NCBI GenBank assembly: GCA_026967815.1
Contig: JAPUUO010000002.1
Location: 1 to 53,782, forward strand
Origin: Candidatus Bathyarchaeota archaeon
GTDB lineage: Archaea; Thermoproteota; Bathyarchaeia; Bathyarchaeales; Bathyarchaeaceae
DNA length: 53,782 nucleotides
Reading direction: 5' to 3'
Under the pieces are notes generated by a model. That model did not search any database. It saw only the letters and a program-made list of their open reading frames with translations, and had not been told where the DNA came from. The number at the start of each line of letters is the position of its first letter. Position 1 is the stretch's first letter. Positions 51,966 to 53,782 of this stretch are shown here, piece by piece. The translations under genes and the position numbers were made by a program.

Positions 51966-53390
51966 TCAAGCACCTCCTACGAGTATGCTCTTAACTCGGA
52001 GCGGCGGTCCTCCAGAAGACTCAAACATGTATTGACCCTTTCCACAACGTCCCATTTCCAAGTCGAAGTCTTTTCCGCAGGCATCAACCTGCTTTAGAGT
52101 TTCAAGAGTGTTTCCGGAGATCCCGATGTTTCGAACGGGTTTCCCCAGCTCTCCGTTTACAATTTCGAAGGCGCTTTGTACACCAACCGTGAAGGTGCCG
52201 TCTAGATTTGCCTGTCCGCCTCGAAAAGCTTCAAGGTAGTAGCCATACTTCACGTCTTCCAGAAGCTCTTCGAATGTGTAGTCACCCTTTTCGAAGCATG
52301 TGTTTCGCATCCTTATAATTGGTGGATAACGAAAGTCTTGTGCTCGAGCGTTTCCAGTCGGAGTCGCATTCATTTTGGCTGCGGTTTCGCGATTGTGCAT
52401 TAACCCTACGAGTGTGCCATCTTCAATCAGGATTGATTTCTGACCCAGCACGCCTTCGTCATCGTACTTTATGGCTCCAAATCCTTCAGGTATAAGAGCC
52501 GAATCATAAATTGTAACCTTTTCACTTGCGATCTTTTGTCCAAGTTTACCCATTAAGGCGCTTCCCGCAAGTGTTAAATCAGCTTCGCAAATGTGACCTA
52601 GAGCCTCATGGGCCAGGACGCCTACGATGTCGGTTCCTATGATGGCTGGAAACGCCCCGCCTTTTGGCGTTTTGGCTTGTAGTTGCTGCACAACTTTCCG
52701 GCTTACTCTTTCAGCAATCTTCTCTGGGGGTTCTGCGGTGAAGAGTTCGTATCCGTGAGCGCCGATTTCGTCCCTGGCACTTGCCATTGCGCCTTTGCTT
52801 TTACCGGTTACCCAACAATAGTTCCACACGAACATTTTCAACTGTTCGATATAAGTGCCTTCTGTTGTGGCCAAAGCTTGCTGAGTGGCGAGATCCGCGT
52901 AGTTTACAGTGACACTTTTAATACGTTTGTCGAAATTGAAGCAAGATTTGTCTACGTTTAGAAGATTTTTGATTTTCGTGGAAATATCGACATTTCTAGG
53001 GTCCTTCTCAAATTCAACACGCGCTTTGTCTTCAACGGTCTCAACTGGCGCCAATTTGACTGGTTCACGAACACTTTGACCTGCTACTTTTGCCATTTTC
53101 AGCGCAGACTTGGCGGCTGTTTCGAGGTTGCTTTGCGCTAGGGAGTTGGTTGTTGAAAAGCCCCAAGCGCCTCTTGCGAGAACCCGAATGGCTGCTCCCT
53201 TTTCGATGGATGACGAAACTGTCTCGACTTGTCCGTCTCTCACGGTTAGGAAAGTGTTGTTGTTTTCTTGTGTCCTGATCTCAGCATAAGAGGCATCTAA
53301 GCCTTTGAGTTTATCTAAAACTGGAGAGAGTATATCTTTCAAGTTGATCCAGCCTGCTATGGTTTTACGAAAAACTCGGTTAATACCCAT
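51966..53390 (-). CDS. tldD: TldD-family metalloprotease
   Basis: 474 aa. HEALGHICEAD (HExxxH-type motif of TldD), DDEGV and GNARAQDFRYPPIIRMRNT. Confidence 0.85.
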   Translation of the reverse strand: MGINRVFRKTIAGWINLKDILSPVLDKLKGLDASYAEIRTQENNNTFLTVRDGQVETVSSSIEKGAAIRVLARGAWGFSTTNSLAQSNLETAAKSALKMAKVAGQSVREPVKLAPVETVEDKARVEFEKDPRNVDISTKIKNLLNVDKSCFNFDKRIKSVTVNYADLATQQALATTEGTYIEQLKMFVWNYCWVTGKSKGAMASARDEIGAHGYELFTAEPPEKIAERVSRKVVQQLQAKTPKGGAFPAIIGTDIVGVLAHEALGHICEADLTLAGSALMGKLGQKIASEKVTIYDSALIPEGFGAIKYDDEGVLGQKSILIEDGTLVGLMHNRETAAKMNATPTGNARAQDFRYPPIIRMRNTCFEKGDYTFEELLEDVKYGYYLEAFRGGQANLDGTFTVGVQSAFEIVNGELGKPVRNIGISGNTLETLKQVDACGKDFDLEMGRCGKGQYMFESSGGPPLRVKSILVGGA

Positions 53391-53448
53391 TTAAACTTTG
53401 CCAGACGCTGCGCAATGCTTAATAGTTTTCTTGTATGGTTTCAGAGTT

Positions 53449-53523
53449 GGGCGGGTAGATCAGCTTGGAATGATCGCGGCGTTGGCATCGCCGAGGTCGC
53501 GGGTTCAAATCCCGCCCCGTCCA
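53449..53523 (+). tRNA. tRNA-Ala (anticodon GGC), no encoded CCA
   Basis: Manual cloverleaf: GGGCGGG/TA/GATC..GATC/G/CGGCG-TTGGCAT-CGCCG/AGGTC/GCGGG-TTCAAAT-CCCGC/CCCGTCC/A. The G3:U70 alanine identity pair is present. Confidence 0.9.
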
Positions 53524-53710
53524 CGGTCAATGATTGATATCTTGGGCTCATACTCAGCTTATTTTTGGCATAAAACTCGTCTGAATCCTGCTCTGTCTTC
53601 TCTACTAGTAGGCTAATGTAAACCATTCAACCAGCTGTATCATGAACCGTAGCAATCTTTAAGTGTAAGTCCATTTATTTTATTGCTACACCAATAGGGA
53701 AGCGTAGAAA

Positions 53711-53782
53711 ATGAGCAAACTATCCAAAGAGCCAAACGTAATCTTCGTGGGAAGAAAGCCTCCGATGAACTATGTGTTAGGA
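53711..53782 (+). CDS. albA: DNA/RNA-binding protein Alba (5' fragment, truncated by the window end)
   Basis: MSKLSKEPNVIFVGRKPPMNYVLG matches the Alba N-terminus (NxVxIGxKPxMNYVLA). Confidence 0.6.
   Translation, partial: MSKLSKEPNVIFVGRKPPMNYVLG

Noticed and set aside
53528-53585. C/D-box-like words (ATGATTGA ... CTGA) downstream of tRNA-Ala
   Set aside because: The C box has two mismatches to RUGAUGA, and no internal D'/C' pair was found.
1-53782. CRISPR arrays, rRNA genes, transposases/integrases, toxin-antitoxin or other recognisable defence systems
   Set aside because: I scanned intergenic regions and all ORF translations. No regularly spaced repeats, no rRNA-like GC-rich segments, and no recombinase or defence-family motifs were seen.

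Overview
This is an archaeal chromosomal segment, densely packed (about 70 genes in 53.8 kb) and dominated by core information-processing genes. No homology search was possible: every call rests on reading the translations, on remembered family motifs, and on manual repeat and coordinate checks.

Gene content:
- A replication/translation supercluster lies on the minus strand: S27e, aIF2-alpha, Nop10, PAC2, GINS, PriS, PriL, PCNA and TFS. It continues with DUF99, a Mini-RNase-III-like gene, RpoL and Csl4.
- A second conserved block is KsgA, DUF655, RpoF, L21e, Pus10 and SRP54.
- Central metabolism is represented by GcvT/GcvH, PEP synthase, a pyruvate/oxaloacetate-type carboxyltransferase with a separate biotin carrier, the methylmalonyl-CoA mutase large subunit, PGI/PMI and a PfkB kinase.
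- A sulfur-relay and minimal Fe-S assembly cluster reads ferredoxin, TusA, DsrE, cysteine desulfurase, IscU and a small TRASH-like ORF.
- The window also holds TldD/PmbA, two tRNAs (Val-GAC and Ala-GGC) and the start of an Alba gene.
- Shine-Dalgarno (GGAGG/GGTGA) motifs and TTG/GTG starts are common. L38e, an SmAP3-like LSm protein and RadB suggest a TACK/Asgard-like or deep-branching archaeon.
- I saw no rRNA, CRISPR array, transposase or integrase.

Most notable observations:
1. A secreted, membrane-anchored protein whose sequence blocks line up with eukaryotic emp24/p24 GOLD cargo receptors.
2. A 3-TM protein resembling the eukaryotic OSTC/OST3 oligosaccharyltransferase subunit family.
3. 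Three PAC2 proteasome-chaperone paralogues, only one of which has a canonical C-terminal HbYX motif.
4. A 2.6-kb ABC-exporter cassette inserted between the biotin-carrier gene and the methylmalonyl-CoA mutase gene. It is bounded by an 11-bp direct repeat plus 11-bp inverted repeats, and an unusual GCGCGTGCA/(CG)n motif family confined to non-coding DNA sits at its edges.
5. Two genes (PriL and a double-SIS protein) whose conserved N-termini lie upstream of any ATG/GTG/TTG but at correct SD spacing from near-cognate codons (GTT and ATT).
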